Program-made: the position numbers and the translations under genes
Assembly: GCA_964016885.1 (NCBI GenBank)
Contig: OZ024742.1
Coordinates: forward strand, 161,076,001 to 161,140,000
Direction: 5' to 3'
Origin: Eledone cirrhosa
Lineage: Eukaryota
Length of the DNA: 64,000 nucleotides
The notes under the pieces: generated by a model
What the model saw: only the letters and a program-made list of their open reading frames with translations
What the model was told of the DNA's origin: nothing
The model's database searches: none
Shown: piece by piece, positions 26,502 through 39,992 of the stretch
How the letters are laid out: every line of letters begins with the position of its first letter
Numbering within the stretch: position 1 is the first letter of the stretch

Positions 26502-28193
26502 AGTACTAATTTATCCTGTCTAATGCCTGTCTCGAGCCCTGAAGCTCATCAGACCGGTGCTTATCCCGGTTTCCGTGGCGAGAAGCGACTGAGAGTACAA
26601 GACTTCCCCCAGGACAAGACGCCAGTCCATCACATGGATACCCCCCCCCCCCCCGTTATTACTGGTACTCATCTTCATTTGAGTAACGTGAAATTAAGTG
26701 CTTTGCCCAGAACGCAATATACAACCCAGTCAAGGAATAAAACCCACAACATTATGATCGTAAGTTCAATACCCTTACTACTAGGACACGTGCCTCCACA
26801 ATTTATCTGGTAGTTAACTAAACATATACGAGATATTGGGGGTGATTGTGACCTGATGAAGTTCGTCCCTTTTTTTATGACGCTATAATATAATTTGTGA
26901 GATGTTCAGCTATTATTCCTTGCAGGTCGAGCGAATATGAGGAGCTGTTGCTAAATGCCACCTTTTCATCGAATCTTAAGTAATTCTGTAAATAAAGTTG
27001 GCAAAAATCTTGAAATCTATAAAACATATCGTTTCCCTTATTTCTCCGTGACAGTTGTTCTAAAGTTAATTAAGTTTCTAATTCTCAGCAATTAATTAGT
27101 AATTTAAAAACATTACTGACATTCATACCTTTTCACACACTCGTGTACCACCCTAAATGCATGGTAACACATAGTTGGCATGGAATATATACATTAGTAT
27201 GGAACAGTAACTCCTGGTGGGGTCGTAGAAGCGTGGGCGTTACATACGGCGTTTTTATAATTCTATAACTTTTTTAATCTGGTGGATCGTTCAACTTTCC
27301 AGATCTGAACTCCGATTTCTTCCAGAAAAAGTGTGAGACTTATTATGGAAAAGTGAGAAAGAAATATAGTAAATCAACCACGGCTCTGGATTGGTACTTT
27401 ATTTATCGACCTTGAAATGATGACAGGCAAAGTTAAGATTTGAACTCAGAGTGCAGAGAGCTGGAATGAATTTAGGCACAAGACCAAAAACATATGAGGA
27501 AGAGGTAAAGTTGATTAAATCAAGCCTATTACTTAACTGGTACTTTATTTTATCGATTCCGGAAAGATGAAAGACCTTGGCAGGATTTGAACTCAGAATG
27601 AAAAAGGCCAAAACAAATACCGCAAGGCTATTTTATCAGACGCTGTAACAATTCTACCAATCCACCTCCGCCTCTAACGGCATATATGAAAATTATATGT
27701 GAGCTCCAAAACATTTAAAAATATATTATTCATATCCACTAACCTCTTAATCCATATTATACTTAAGGATTACAAGCTGAGCGTCTTCTATTTCTTAACA
27801 TTATAATTAAAGTAGATTTTAATAGCAAGTCAGAAGGTTATTGATGGAGAAATGATTGATTCACTAAGAAAATGAATTAAACAAGTGTTTCGGAGAAAGT
27901 TGATCGCTGGAATGATGTCCTATAAAACAAAATAGCCGCATGGACTGAAGTATACTTTTACACAGATAATTAACAACTATGCTCTAAATATTTTTATACG
28001 TGAGAGAGAAATTAACAAACAGGGCAGAATATATTAACAGTGAGAAAGTTATAAATTAGAAGCAGTATTAGTGGTGATATAATACAAACCCTTTTTGACT
28101 AGATCAATTTTCGCATGGAATGTATACTGGACACAGTTAAGAGAAATAGTTGGCTTTAACGAGACTTAAACACGACTTGTAAGGAGGGTGAAA

Positions 28194-28723
28194 TTGTTTC
28201 ACAAGGCCAGCAATTATCCCTGTGCATTACTGGTACTTTATTTTATCGACCCCGTAAGGATGAAAGGCAAAGTTAACCTCGGCGGGATTTGAACTCAGAG
28301 GGTGAAGTTAAACGTTTGAAAGCATTCAATGATTTATGTAATACAATCAGGATCGGCGCTACCATTAAGGTAAATAGGTAAAAGTGAAGAGCATTGTTGA
28401 ACCTTAAAGGATCATAGTTTTAAACTGCAAAGCATTTTGCCCGACGCTCTAAGGATTCGGCCTGACCACTACCCTGAATATTTACTTAATAATAATTCTT
28501 TCTAGTTTTAGCTCAAGGGAGCAATTTTGGTGAAAGGAAAAGTTAATTTTTCTTGTACTTAATTGGCACTTTACTTTATCGATCCTGGAAGGATGAACAG
28601 CAAAAGTTCACCTCAGGAAGGAGGTGAACTTAGAACTTTAAGACCCGAAATAAACACTGCAAATCATTTTGTCCGGCGCTCTAATGATTCAGCCAATCTA
28701 CCTTGCAGAATGGCTATTTTATG

Positions 28724-28791
<68 letters not shown>

Positions 28792-29172
28792 GGTTTTTGA
28801 TTTAGGCACATGGCCAGCAATTTTGGGGGTTAAAAGTCGATTAAATTGGCCCCAGTTGGTTACTGGTGTTTTATTTATCGACCCTGTAAGGATGAAAGGC
28901 AAAGCCAGCCTCGGCGGGATTTGAACTCAGACCGTAAAAGACCATAACTCTATGCTGAAAAGTATGGTGCCCTACGCTCTACCGATACTGCCATTCTACT
29001 AATAATTGTTTCTACTTTAGGCACAAAACCAGCAATTACCCAGTGCATTACTGGTACTTTATTTTATCGAAAGGCAAAGTCAACCTCGGCGGGATTTGAA
29101 CTCAGATCGTAAAGGGACGTAACTATGCTGGAAAGCATGGCGTCCGACCCTCTACCGATACTGCCAATCCAC
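28194..29172 (-). mobile_element. Cluster of SINE family A copies around an (AAT)n tract
   Basis: At least four partial or whole copies. (AAT)n at 28724-28789. Confidence 0.8.
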
Positions 29173-29920
29173 TGGCATTCTACTAGTAATAATTAACCAT
29201 TTGAATTGATTTCGTCATATTTTTGTTTTCAGTTCCCAATAAAAGACAATTTTCGATTCGATTCTTTTAAACATTTTTAAATGAAAATATTCTTCGTGTG
29301 AATTATATCTTTCAAAACGATTCGTTATCGGTCGGTTTTGTTTGGCAGAGGTTGCATTTCAAAGATTTATCCCTTTTTGAGCATACTCTAGCTAAAAAGT
29401 ATATCTTTATATTTTTTTGTTCGTCTCTTTTATTTATATTTATTTTGTTGTTTTGTTTTTATTTTGTGTTTTTGTTTCTCGTCGATTTTCCTCCTCTACG
29501 ATACTTCCAAAACTCAATGTGTTTTCGGCTTAAATGAAATTAGAAGATTTTGAGATACACGATACTTTGATACTTAAAAATAATTATGATTAATTGAAAC
29601 AGGATGTTGTTATTTCAAATATATAGACTTAAGTAAATTTAAATATAGGGAATTAAACATTTTACAGCACCGATTAACTACAGTTATATTTTATTACAGT
29701 TTTATGTGAATTGTGAACTGTTAATAGCCGAGTGGAAAAGTTGATAGCTAATAATTTAGTTGATGATCAGGATATTCAACTAGGGGTCGATCTATAAATG
29801 CAGAAACGGCGACAAATCCACGGAGTTCTTAAAGCATTTTAAAATATCACCAACGAAAATGCACAGATTACTGCAGTAACGTTAAAGAAACCAAAGATTA
29901 AAAAATCTCATCTATACGCA

Positions 29921-30036
<116 letters not shown>

Positions 30037-30297
30037 ATAATAATAAATTAAGACTAAAATCCAAAGAGGGCTCGATAAGGATAAATATATATCAAATATA
30101 TAAGAACCGTAGAGCAAATATCAAAATAATAGATTAAAGTTGAAGCAAAGAATCGCTACTTTCACCCTTAACGGGATCTTCTGAAACTAACAAAGTCAAT
30201 CTGTGAGCGCAGAAGTGAATATTTCAAAAAACGTTGCAACCGGAGGAAGACAGGAAGACGATACTTTGGTTCGTGGAAACGTTCCCTGGCAAAGAAC

Positions 30298-30692
30298 GGG
30301 AAATGCCTCTCTAGTAACATTGTCTATAAATGTAAGGTTGAAACACCCACGTCCCGTAGGGCCTACATAGGGTTAACCGCCAATAGATTCAAGCAGCGTT
30401 TTTACATGCATACCCATTCTTTTCGTTACCTTTTAAGAAGGAATATGACGACACTTTCAGCTTATATCTAGAGTCTAAAAGACAACCACACCCAATATAA
30501 GAGATCCTAGCTAGGGCTAGATCGTATAACAGAAATAAAAGACCATGTGACCTCTGCACCGCTGAGGCCCTGGAAATACTCTACGCCAAAGACCACATCT
30601 TAAACAAAAAATCTGAGGCTATTTCGGCTTGTAAACATAAATTGCACAAAACTTTCCTGTATTACAGCCCCACATTATACCCTAACGGATAG
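30298..30692 (+). pseudogene. GIY-YIG endonuclease remnant (one stop, one frameshift)
   Basis: GKCLSSNIVYKCKVETPTSRRAYIGLTANRFKQRFYMHTHSF...TTLSAYI*SLKDN / ILARARSYN...CDLCTAEALEIL...LNKKSEAISACKHK. Collinear with the C-terminus of ORF 9778-11469. Not in the ORF track. Confidence 0.88.
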
Positions 30693-31083
30693 TACGAACT
30701 ATGCGCGGATATTTTACGTCTTGATGTGGTAGCTAAGTATATGATATGTTTATACCATTACTTATTTGTATAGGTAAGTATATATTACCTGTATGTTTTG
30801 TGAAGGTACATATACTTTCTCGTACGTATATTTGATTGTATATGTTATGGCGTATATATTATATATTCTGGTACATATGCTTTTGGTTATGTGTATACGT
30901 GAGTTTTGCGTTTGTGTGAGTATGCGGGTTCGTACGTATGTAGGGTGTGTGTATATGTGTATTTTGTGTTTTGGTTGACGTACGTCTCCGAACATATGTG
31001 TATTTACATGTAGGTATGTGTGTGCGCTTGTTATATACGTATTTATTTATTTATATACGTTTATTTAATTATATGTATACACG

Positions 31084-31136
<53 letters not shown>

Positions 31137-31745
31137 TTTTATATGTACTTGGTGTATACATTCGTATGCGTGTGGGTACAGGCGTTGCGTGGGTTCTGTA
31201 AGTGCGTTCGTTTTTTTTTGGGGGGGGGGTGTACGTGCATGTATTTGTATTCCTATGGCGAGTGTTTTCGCGTATGCTTGTGTATGTACGTTTATGGATG
31301 CGTGTATGTATTTATTTAATTTCAATTACCTCTGTATTTTATTTACTTTATTCTTAACTCTGAAACCGAGAATCATTCGGTTTCCTAGTTAGAATTTTTG
31401 TTTACGACTTCAGCTATACCATTTACGTGGTTTTGTCTTTGCGTGCAATTGTTCTCCCCGATCCACATATGACGTATTATCTTCGTTTTTTCCGTTCATT
31501 GCCAGAGAACGTCTCTATGAACCACCTAATAGAATATTAGTCTACGACTTCTTTTATATCATAAACTTGGTTTTGTCTTTGCGTGTAATTGTTTTTCACC
31601 GCTCCAAATAATGACGTATTATATTCGTTTTTTCCCGTTCTTTGCCAGGGAACGGTTCCACGAACCAAAGTATCGTCTTCCTGTCTTACTCCGGTTGCAA
31701 CGTTTTTTGAAATATTCACTTCTGCTTTCACAGATTGACTTTGTT

Positions 31746-31796
31746 AGTTTCAGAAGATCCCGTTAAGGGTGAAAGCAGCGATTCTTTCCTTAAACT
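31746..31796 (+). ncRNA. Hammerhead-like motif with variant core CAGAAGA (mirror copy at 30138-30188, minus)
   Basis: AGTTT-CAGAAGA-TCCC GTTAA GGGT-GAAA-GCA...T-AAACT. Stem I is a perfect 5 bp. Confidence 0.6.
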
Positions 31797-31856
31797 TTAA
31801 TCTGTTATTTTAATAAATATATATATATATGATGAAAGGACACTATATATATATAT

Positions 31857-31937
31857 AATGGTTTCTACAGGACTAGAACTGTTTCATTCCTGATGATGTC
31901 ATAAGAATGAAACAGTTCTTGTCCTGTAGAAGCCATT
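31857..31937. repeat. Small fold-back (33-bp arms) containing hammerhead core boxes
   Basis: Arms at 31857-31889 and 31905-31937. CTGATGA at 31890 and GAAACAGTTCTTGTC downstream. Confidence 0.65.
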
Positions 31938-32047
31938 TCTATGTTAAATATTGATATTCATACTTTACTAATGTATTGAATACCTCATTTACTGTGGTTA
32001 TCGGCGATTTAACTCGGGATCTACACACACACACACGCGCGCGCGCA

Positions 32048-32135
<88 letters not shown>

Positions 32136-32353
32136 AATATTATTTTCTACAGATTAAACGTTTCAGCAAATACATTTTGCTTTTAGAGTAATAACAGAGT
32201 ATAACTTGGTAAAAAACAAATCATACACAAAACGCCAGCACCAACAGTTTTGCAAGAGGTGTCAACATGAATAGACCTGTTATTTTTATCTAAAGACATT
32301 TTTTTCCAATTCCAACCCGCCCGTCCTTTCAATCTATTTTATTTCTCATTCTT

Positions 32354-32389
32354 TCTTCTGATGAAGGACTAGCGTCCGAAACGTTAAGA
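32354..32389 (+). ncRNA. Minimal type I hammerhead ribozyme
   Basis: TCTT-CTGATGA-A-GGAC TAGC GTCC-GAAA-CGT-T-AAGA. Stems I and II are perfect. Related to 24642; a decayed copy lies at 39845-39879 (minus). Confidence 0.88.
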
Positions 32390-32485
32390 CCCTCTTCCTG
32401 CTATATCAAGCGTTAACCTAATATATACCTTCCATATACTGTACCGATTGTGTTGTTATTTCTGTTTACCTTTTACATACATATA

Positions 32486-32514
<29 letters not shown>

Positions 32515-32517
<3 letters not shown>

Positions 32518-32653
32518 GGAAAATGTATGACCACGACGGCAGAGCTCAAGCCGTTTCGACGGCTATTTCTAGACTAAATTCAGACTGAATTTAGTCCAGA
32601 AATAGCCGTCGAAACAGTTTGAGCTCTGCCGTCGGGGTCATACATTTACCTAT
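32515..32653. repeat. Near-perfect palindrome (69-bp arms, 1-nt spacer) made from a hammerhead 3' half
   Basis: Centre at 32584. The arm consensus reads GAAACGGC TTGAGCTCT GCCGTC-GGGGTC (stem III + GUC). Related to 54038-54131 and 60308-60432. Confidence 0.8.
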
Positions 32654-32729
32654 TGCCCACTCTACTACCCTAAGTATTGAGTACTCTGGTGCGTTATGGT
32701 CCATCTGGTTCCTTACCACAACTCCTTCG

Positions 32730-32796
<67 letters not shown>

Positions 32797-32936
32797 AACC
32801 CTACTACCATCTACAAACTGACCAATGAGAATCAAGACTATTCCTGCTGACAACATTAATTTATTCCTAACAAGCTCATATGTCCCAAGGTTCTGATACC
32901 ATCAACACTATAAACACAGAGCTGGCATACTGACTA

Positions 32937-32992
32937 ACTGCCTGATGAGGTCATAGCCTTTCAATGGCTATCATCGAAATATATATAGCAGT
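32937..32992 (+). ncRNA. Type I hammerhead ribozyme
   Basis: ACTGC-CTGATGA-GGTC ATAGCC tttcaat GGCTAT CATC-GAAA-TATATAT-A-GCAGT. Perfect stem I. Confidence 0.87.
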
Positions 32993-33033
32993 AAATAAAG
33001 GATTATGAGTTCATGCAATTGACTTATGTTTCG

Positions 33034-33106
<73 letters not shown>

Positions 33107-34886
33107 CCGTTTAATATCTATTTTTCCTCCTCGCATGGGTTAGATGGGCTGTCACGTTGAGATTACAATGTCTTGCTCATACGATCTCTTTCGGGCTTGC
33201 TTTTCTTCAGTTGGACGTTTTTCCTAACGCCAACCACCTTATAGGGGAGGGGTGATTTTTTGTGGTGTCACTGACACGTCTACAGGGTTGACTGGGTGCT
33301 TTTTTGTCGTGGCATCAGCACGACCACCTTACAGTGTTAAAGATAAGTGCTTCAAGTGAATAAAAGCATCTAATTGACTGAATAAAGAACATGATACCCG
33401 TATAGAACCTAATATTCATTATAATTTCATCTGCAAGTATAGTTTACGATTGTGGTACATATCTTTATATATATATATATATATATAGGGGGAGAAAGAG
33501 AACAAGGGAGAAAAGGATCGCGAAGAGAATTACATTGCATACCTTACAAATAGTTATGTATCCTATATATAATTTGGGAAATATGCCAACGTCGACAGGA
33601 AATGTAGGACAAACAAGTGACTACTATTTCACATACTGAATATTATACTATTGTAATCCAAGAGCAAAGAGATTGATACAGAAATACGTAATTACCAAAA
33701 GCGATAGTAATGATATTGATTCCCGCTAGATGAGAAAAACGAATGTTGACTGTGCTGCATTTTTGTAAATGAGTTCATTACACAGCATACTCAGCAAAGG
33801 AATTGCCCTTCATATAGGTCGATATGTTCTTGCAATAACAACATACAAGGCTATTTGCAGCGAGAAATTCCCTGGGTTAAGTGTCAAAAATGATGCTTGT
33901 GTCAGCTATACTTTTGAATACAAAGATTGTTCATGGAATATTTTCATTATATACAAATCTTTAGCGATTGAATGCACAGGACCGACACTGTCATCTTGGA
34001 CTGATGCAATAAATAAATAAATAAATAAATAAATAAAAGGACTTGTTGATGTCAGCTGGCCGACAGATGAAAATACTTCATTTAAGAGAACAGGTGTCAG
34101 TGAGCCGGTTGCAAACAGTGCCACGAAAATTTTGACTCTGAGAAATAAATGATAAATGAATTTAACAGTTTTTGTGATGGGATTTTCTTGGAGGGCGTAG
34201 ATGGCTACAATGACTTTTCCACGATGAAATTGCTTTAGTTTCAACACACGGTTTCAGATCCAATAACTTAATAAACAAGTACAACTGTGGTTAAACTGAC
34301 CACGATGTAATTAATTTAGTTTCAACATACGGTCTCAGATAAAAGTCATTTGCCAGACAACGCCAAAACATTGAAATGTTCACCAAGATTACAAAAACCT
34401 GAGGCACATTGAAACACATTGCTTAAAGAAGATAAGGACTACACAATACCTTCATTTCTTAATTTCATTAGAAAATAATTGCTAGCTGATTAGGCGACAA
34501 ATTGACAGAGTTGCTAGAATGTCGGATGGAATACTTCACGATATTTATTCTGGGTCTCTGTACTCCGAGTTCAAATCCTGCTGAGGTCAATTTTACGTTT
34601 CCTGCTTTTCGGTTGGGATAAAAAGTACCAGTCGAACATTCACGCACAGACTCTCTCTCTCTCTCTCTCCCTCTCTCTCACACTCTCTCTCTGGGAGTTC
34701 AGGGCCAACGTTGTCAGTTAATTCGAAATCTCTATATTCTGATTATAGATTCCCATTTTTACATGTAATTATTGAGGCACTCGGTTATGGTACCAGTTTC
34801 TTAATAAACAATCTGAAATGCTGGTGTACATCCACGCCTGCACACACACACACACACAGACACACACACACATGTACATATATATA

Positions 34887-34985
34887 CAGGGTGTCTCCAA
34901 AAAATGTATACGCACTTTGATTACTTGTACAGGCAATATTTATTCGAATGCTGTTGAAATATGTATACTGTTTGGGGGACACTCT
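34887..34985. mobile_element. ~100-bp Tc1-like MITE in a TA site
   Basis: TA-CAGGGTGTCTCCAAAAAATGTATAC ... GTATACTGTTTGGGGGACACTCTA-TA imperfect TIRs. Confidence 0.65.
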
Positions 34986-35054
34986 ATATATATATATGTG
35001 TGTGTGTGTGTGTATACCTGTGTGTGTGTACACACATATTCAAATGTCTATATA

Positions 35055-35656
35055 TATACCCAGAATCATGCCAGTGGAGGTTGGCAGCCGAAATTTTACA
35101 GCTCGTTCCTTTAGTAGAGCCTACCAAACAATGGGCATTGCGGGATCAAACAGCGGGAGATACATCAAAAACAACATCGAAAGAGAGGGTTTCAAGATGG
35201 TTATGGCTGAAGAGAAATAGTTGGTGGCGTTAGTAGTATGTATGCCATTTGGACAAAGGCTAAGGTTAATCAACCTCAGTCGGGTCACCTGGATGATGAT
35301 GTATATTGCAAAACCTGAAAGATCCAATGATTCCAGGATGCAACACTGTTTCCACAGAATTACATCTGTAGTTGGGTCACCTGGATTAGGGTGTACGTTG
35401 TAAGACCTTCTGAAATACTCAGTGACTCCAGGATGCAATACTGATAATGTGTCAAAAGTATTACATTGTAACTGGGTCACATGGATTAGAGTGTATGTTG
35501 TAAGACCCGAAACACCCAGTGATTCGAGGGTACAACCGAGATAATGTGTCCTGCCACTGGCTCATTCGGATGAGGGTATATGTCTAAGACACAAAATACC
35601 CAGTGACTTCGGGATATAAAACTGATGATGTGTCCACGATGTTGCATCCGTAGTTG
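35055..35656 (+). mobile_element. 3' fragment of a HERO-like (restriction-like endonuclease) non-LTR retrotransposon with tandemly repeated 3' UTR
   Basis: MPVEVGSRNFTARSFSRAYQTMGIAG...SRWLWLKR, followed by four ~85-100-bp repeats at 35281-35656. Confidence 0.7.
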
Positions 35657-36089
35657 TAAATAATTATTATAACGATTAATTTACGAGGGTTACTGAAACG
35701 TTCCTGGCTTTGGGTAATAGAAAATAAAAGAAGATCAGTTAATTACGATTTTTTACAACATATTCTCCTCTCAGATACACTCACTTATTGCAGCGGTCCT
35801 TCAGTTTTTCTAAGCCCTCTAAAAATAACTTGGAAGGCTAGGCCTCTGTGACAGCGATTAAGCAAGGAACTTTTCAGCACCCCCTCGGAAAGTATCTTAA
35901 TGTTTGTGTTTGTACCTGGCTTGTAGCACCAATATGAATACAGTTGTGAGTGAGTGTATGCATATGCATATGTGGTTGTGAGTAAATATATGTTTGTGTT
36001 TCAATGCAAGTATATGTATATTTCTGCGTATGTACGTATGTACGTACGTATGTATGTACATATGTACGTATGTATGTATGATGTATATG

Positions 36090-36660
36090 TCAGGTCACCA
36101 GTTGGTGCTACTGGTAATATGTATCCCAGTACAACCTTTCCCATGGTCGGGTCGTTGGCGACTAAACTGGCAACCCCACCAAAGTTTCTTGGTGAGGAGG
36201 GTGACTTTGGACATCCTGCAGGACTAAAAAGAAAACCTGTCAAAGGGCAAAGGAGCTCGTAAGAGTCAATGGCCATCCAAAATCACCGGGAGAGATGACC
36301 CCTCAAGGCAGAATTCTAGGAGAAGGAAAACTCTGATATAACACCTGCAACCCTGATGGTATCCAATGATGTTGACTTGTTCTTCTTTTTGGTAAATATT
36401 ATCTTGGTTAAGAGAGTGGGACTGGCTTTGTGCAGTGCCTTTGCTCACTATAAAAGCTTCACGGCACAGGCATTGCTTTATATCTGGAGATCTCTCTGCA
36501 CTTGTCGTCACATGGTACCATGGGCCCAGCACTGTGTGTCAATAATTCTCACAAGTGTAGTATTTGTACCAGAGTTGTCAAGTCGCTGGCTGAACTAAAA
36601 AGTCACACTCGTTCAGCGCATCGGTAGGGGTTCTCCTACATGGATATAAAGTAGTGGTCG
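36090..36660 (+). mobile_element. RTE-type 5' UTR-like fragment (second copy at ~37768-38148)
   Basis: Contains TAGGAGAAGGAAAACTCTGA, a motif I associate with RTE 5' UTRs. Duplicated within the window. Confidence 0.45.
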
Positions 36661-37064
36661 TACTCGAAAACGAGTTGGCAGCCACCATGATGTATATATG
36701 TATGTACTATGTACGTATGTATGTATACATGTGTGTACATATGTGTGTATATATGCATTGTATTTATGTATGTATGTATATATATGTATGTATGAATGTT
36801 TATTTGTGTTTGTGTGTGTACTTGTGAATGTGTGTGTGTGTGTTGGCTGAGTGTGTGTGTTAAGTGTGTGTATGTGTACGCGTATATTTGTGTGAGTTGA
36901 GTATGTGTGTATACGTTCTCCGTCCCGAGTGTGTGTGTAATGATATCAGATGCGTATATATTTGAAGACAATTGTCTTCGTTAGGCAGATTGTTGTTGTT
37001 GTATTTTTGTTTGGTCGTGTGTTGTTGTTGCTGTTGTGTGTTGTGTATGCGTGTGTGCGTGCGT

Positions 37065-37191
<127 letters not shown>

Positions 37192-37626
37192 TGTGTGTGT
37201 TTTCGCTATCAGATAACCCAATTCTTGCAAAGCATTAATCTAAACCCAGATGATGTCTGCTGGAGAGAGATTGAGAAAGATTGAGAGAGAGAGACAGACA
37301 GAAAGTGAGAGAGACGAAGAAGAGAGTGGGAGACACGAAGAAAGAGAGGGAGGGAAGGGAGAAAGTGAGGGGAAGGATGAGAGAACGGATAGATATTAAA
37401 ATACCTTCACTGACAAATTAGGTCAGAAACGGCACCACTTCACCTATATTTCTTATAACTTATTTCTTTATTATTATTATTGTTATTGTTATTAATGTTG
37501 TTGTTGTTGTTCTGCTGTACTCGAAATTTCATTTTATGTTTAATCGGACAACCAACAACACACGTGCCAGATTCTGATTCTTTGTGTTGTCTGTGTTGTG
37601 GTCGTTTGTCCCACACCTGCACCACA

Positions 37627-37691
37627 TTCTTCTTCTTCTTCTTCTTCTTCTTCTTCTTCTTCTTCTTCTTCTTCTTCTTCTTCTTCTTCTT
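37627..37691. repeat. (TTC)n microsatellite; a (GAA)n counterpart lies at 41539-41628
   Basis: Read directly. Confidence 0.95.
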
Positions 37692-39319
37692 GATCATGTT
37701 AATGATGATAATACTGTTCCATTCCATTTCATTATATATATATATATATGTACATATATTAACACATAAGAGTCAACGGCCATCCAAAAGTGTGTAAATA
37801 TATATATATACACATGTAAATATGTATGTATATGTATATGTGTATATACACGTGTGCATGTGTATGTATATGCGCGGGGACATAGAAATAGTCGGGCTGG
37901 ACACCCGATCGCGCGGTTAAACCACTGGGAGTGAAGGTACCCTAGCCTTTGTCAGGGCATTCTTCTAGGAGAAGGCAACTCAGGAAACTGGGATAACTCC
38001 AATATAAAACCTGCGACCCAGTAGTTACCGATGATGTTGATCTTTTCTTCTTTTCGGGTTATAGCTACTGTCGCTCAGAGAGTGGGATTGGCTCAGTGCA
38101 CAGTTTTTCCTCACTATAAAAAATATCTTCACGCACAGGCATTGCACGATAGAATTAAATAATTGTTTCTACTTTTGGCACAAGGCCAGCAATTACCCAG
38201 TGCATTACTGGTACTTTATTCTATCGACCCCGAAATGATGAAAGGCAAAGTTAACCTCGGCGGGATTTGAACTCAGATCATACAGGTAGGTAACTCTATG
38301 CTTCAAAGCATGGCATCCGACCCTCTACCGATACTGCCAATATAATAATTATTAATAATGGTATATCGTGCAATGGCCAAATTCTATAACGAGGGGGCAG
38401 CCATCATTATGTATGTATGTATATGTATGTATGTATGTGTGTGTGTTGTGTGTATGTGCGTGTGTGTGTCTATGAATGCAAGTGTGTGCGTATGTTGTAT
38501 TGTGTGTATATGTGCATGCATGTTTGTAAGAGTGTATGTGTGTGTGTATGCGCGTGCGTTTGTGTGTATGTGTTTCTGTGTATGTGTGTGTGTGTGTCTA
38601 TGAATGCAAGTGTGTGCGTATGTTGTATTGTGTGTATATGTGCATGCATGTTTGTAAGTGTGTATGTATGTGTGTATGCGCGCGCGTTTGTGTGTATGTG
38701 TGTTTCTGTGTGCGTGTGTGCGTGTGTTGTACTGTGTGTATCTGTGCATGCATGTTTGTGAGTGTGTATGTGTGTGTATTCGCGTGCGTTTGTGTGTATG
38801 CGTGTGTGTGAGTGTATATGTGTGTGTATGCGCGTGTATGTGAGTATGTGTGTGTGTGTGTATGCACGTGTGTGTGTGTGTATGCACGTGGCGTGTGTAT
38901 AGAGAGTAGTGTACAAATGAAAGGAGCAATCAAGACAATATGGAAGTTGACAATAGCTGTATTAGCTGTTTGACTTATTTGAACATTACCAGTGTTTTCA
39001 TAGAGGTAAACATATTAACCCTTCACATACGTTCTTATTAAAAACGTGTAACTTCTCTGGTCCCAAATAATGGTTTCTTATTTAGGCACAATGCCAGCGA
39101 TTTGGGGGAAGAGGAAAGTCGATTAAATCGACCCCAGTGCGTTACTGGTATTTATTTTATCGACCCCGTAAGGATGTAAGGCAAAGTAAACCTCAGCGGG
39201 ATTCTGATCCCAAATAATAACCAGGGCAGGTTACATTGAACCTATTAGATTAATGCAGCAAAACAGGGATAAATAAACGATAAAGAAAAAAATGGAAAAC
39301 AGGGAGAGATGTAAAACAA

Positions 39320-39790
39320 TTATTTAGTTTTGGTATTACAGATGTATAGATAAATTCCCTTGTATATTGTATGATATTGAGATTTGACTATTCTATTAAA
39401 TAAGTTTAGCATTACACTACATGTTTCAATTATGATTAAATTATATATTCCATCTAGACCTGTGTCCGTTTCTTCTTTTAACTCATCCTTAACTGTTAGT
39501 AGTTCTTGTTTAATATTATGAAGAAAGACTAAAGTTGAAGTAAGACGGGTAGGAGTTTTGTAATTAGTGTTAGATTCTGTAAATGAAATGGTGTCAGAAA
39601 ACGATTCTGCAAATAGCGATGAAAGTTTGGAGGTGTCTGAGATTACCTTATTATTGTGATCATTTATTAATAGCTCTTGGTCTGTTTTGAGGGGTTTGGG
39701 TTTAATCATTGAGTTATATATGCTTCCCATATCGCCCACAAACTCCGGGTTAGCTTTGCTAGACAACAAATCAATTTTTGGCTTGTTTTA
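39320..39790 (-). pseudogene. Decayed LINE ORF2 fragment (region just upstream of the RT core)
   Basis: KVISDTSKLSSLFAESFS...DTGLDGIYNLII...LNLFNRI resembles the PGPDGI region of LINE RTs. Confidence 0.5.
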
Positions 39791-39992
39791 TTAATACAAT
39801 GAAAAAATATATTAGTTTAACGCTTGGTATAGTAGGGAAAGAGCCTTAACATTCCGGGCACTAGATCTTCATCAGAAGAGATTGCGAAGTAAAAGATGAA
39901 ATAGAAAGATGGAGAGTGAGATGAAATCACGGAAAAACAATTTTCTGAGAAAATCATGTGTGTATTCAGTCAGCAATTTTGAAGAATATAAA

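Noticed and set aside
26520-26560. Minus-strand CTGATGAGC...GCTCGAGAC as a hammerhead
   Set aside because: It has GAGA instead of GAAA, no stem I or III, lies in a SINE tail and is not conserved in the 56.7-kb relative.
33769-34340. Possible decayed coding or transposase fragment
   Set aside because: Unique-looking sequence, but no motif I can identify with confidence.
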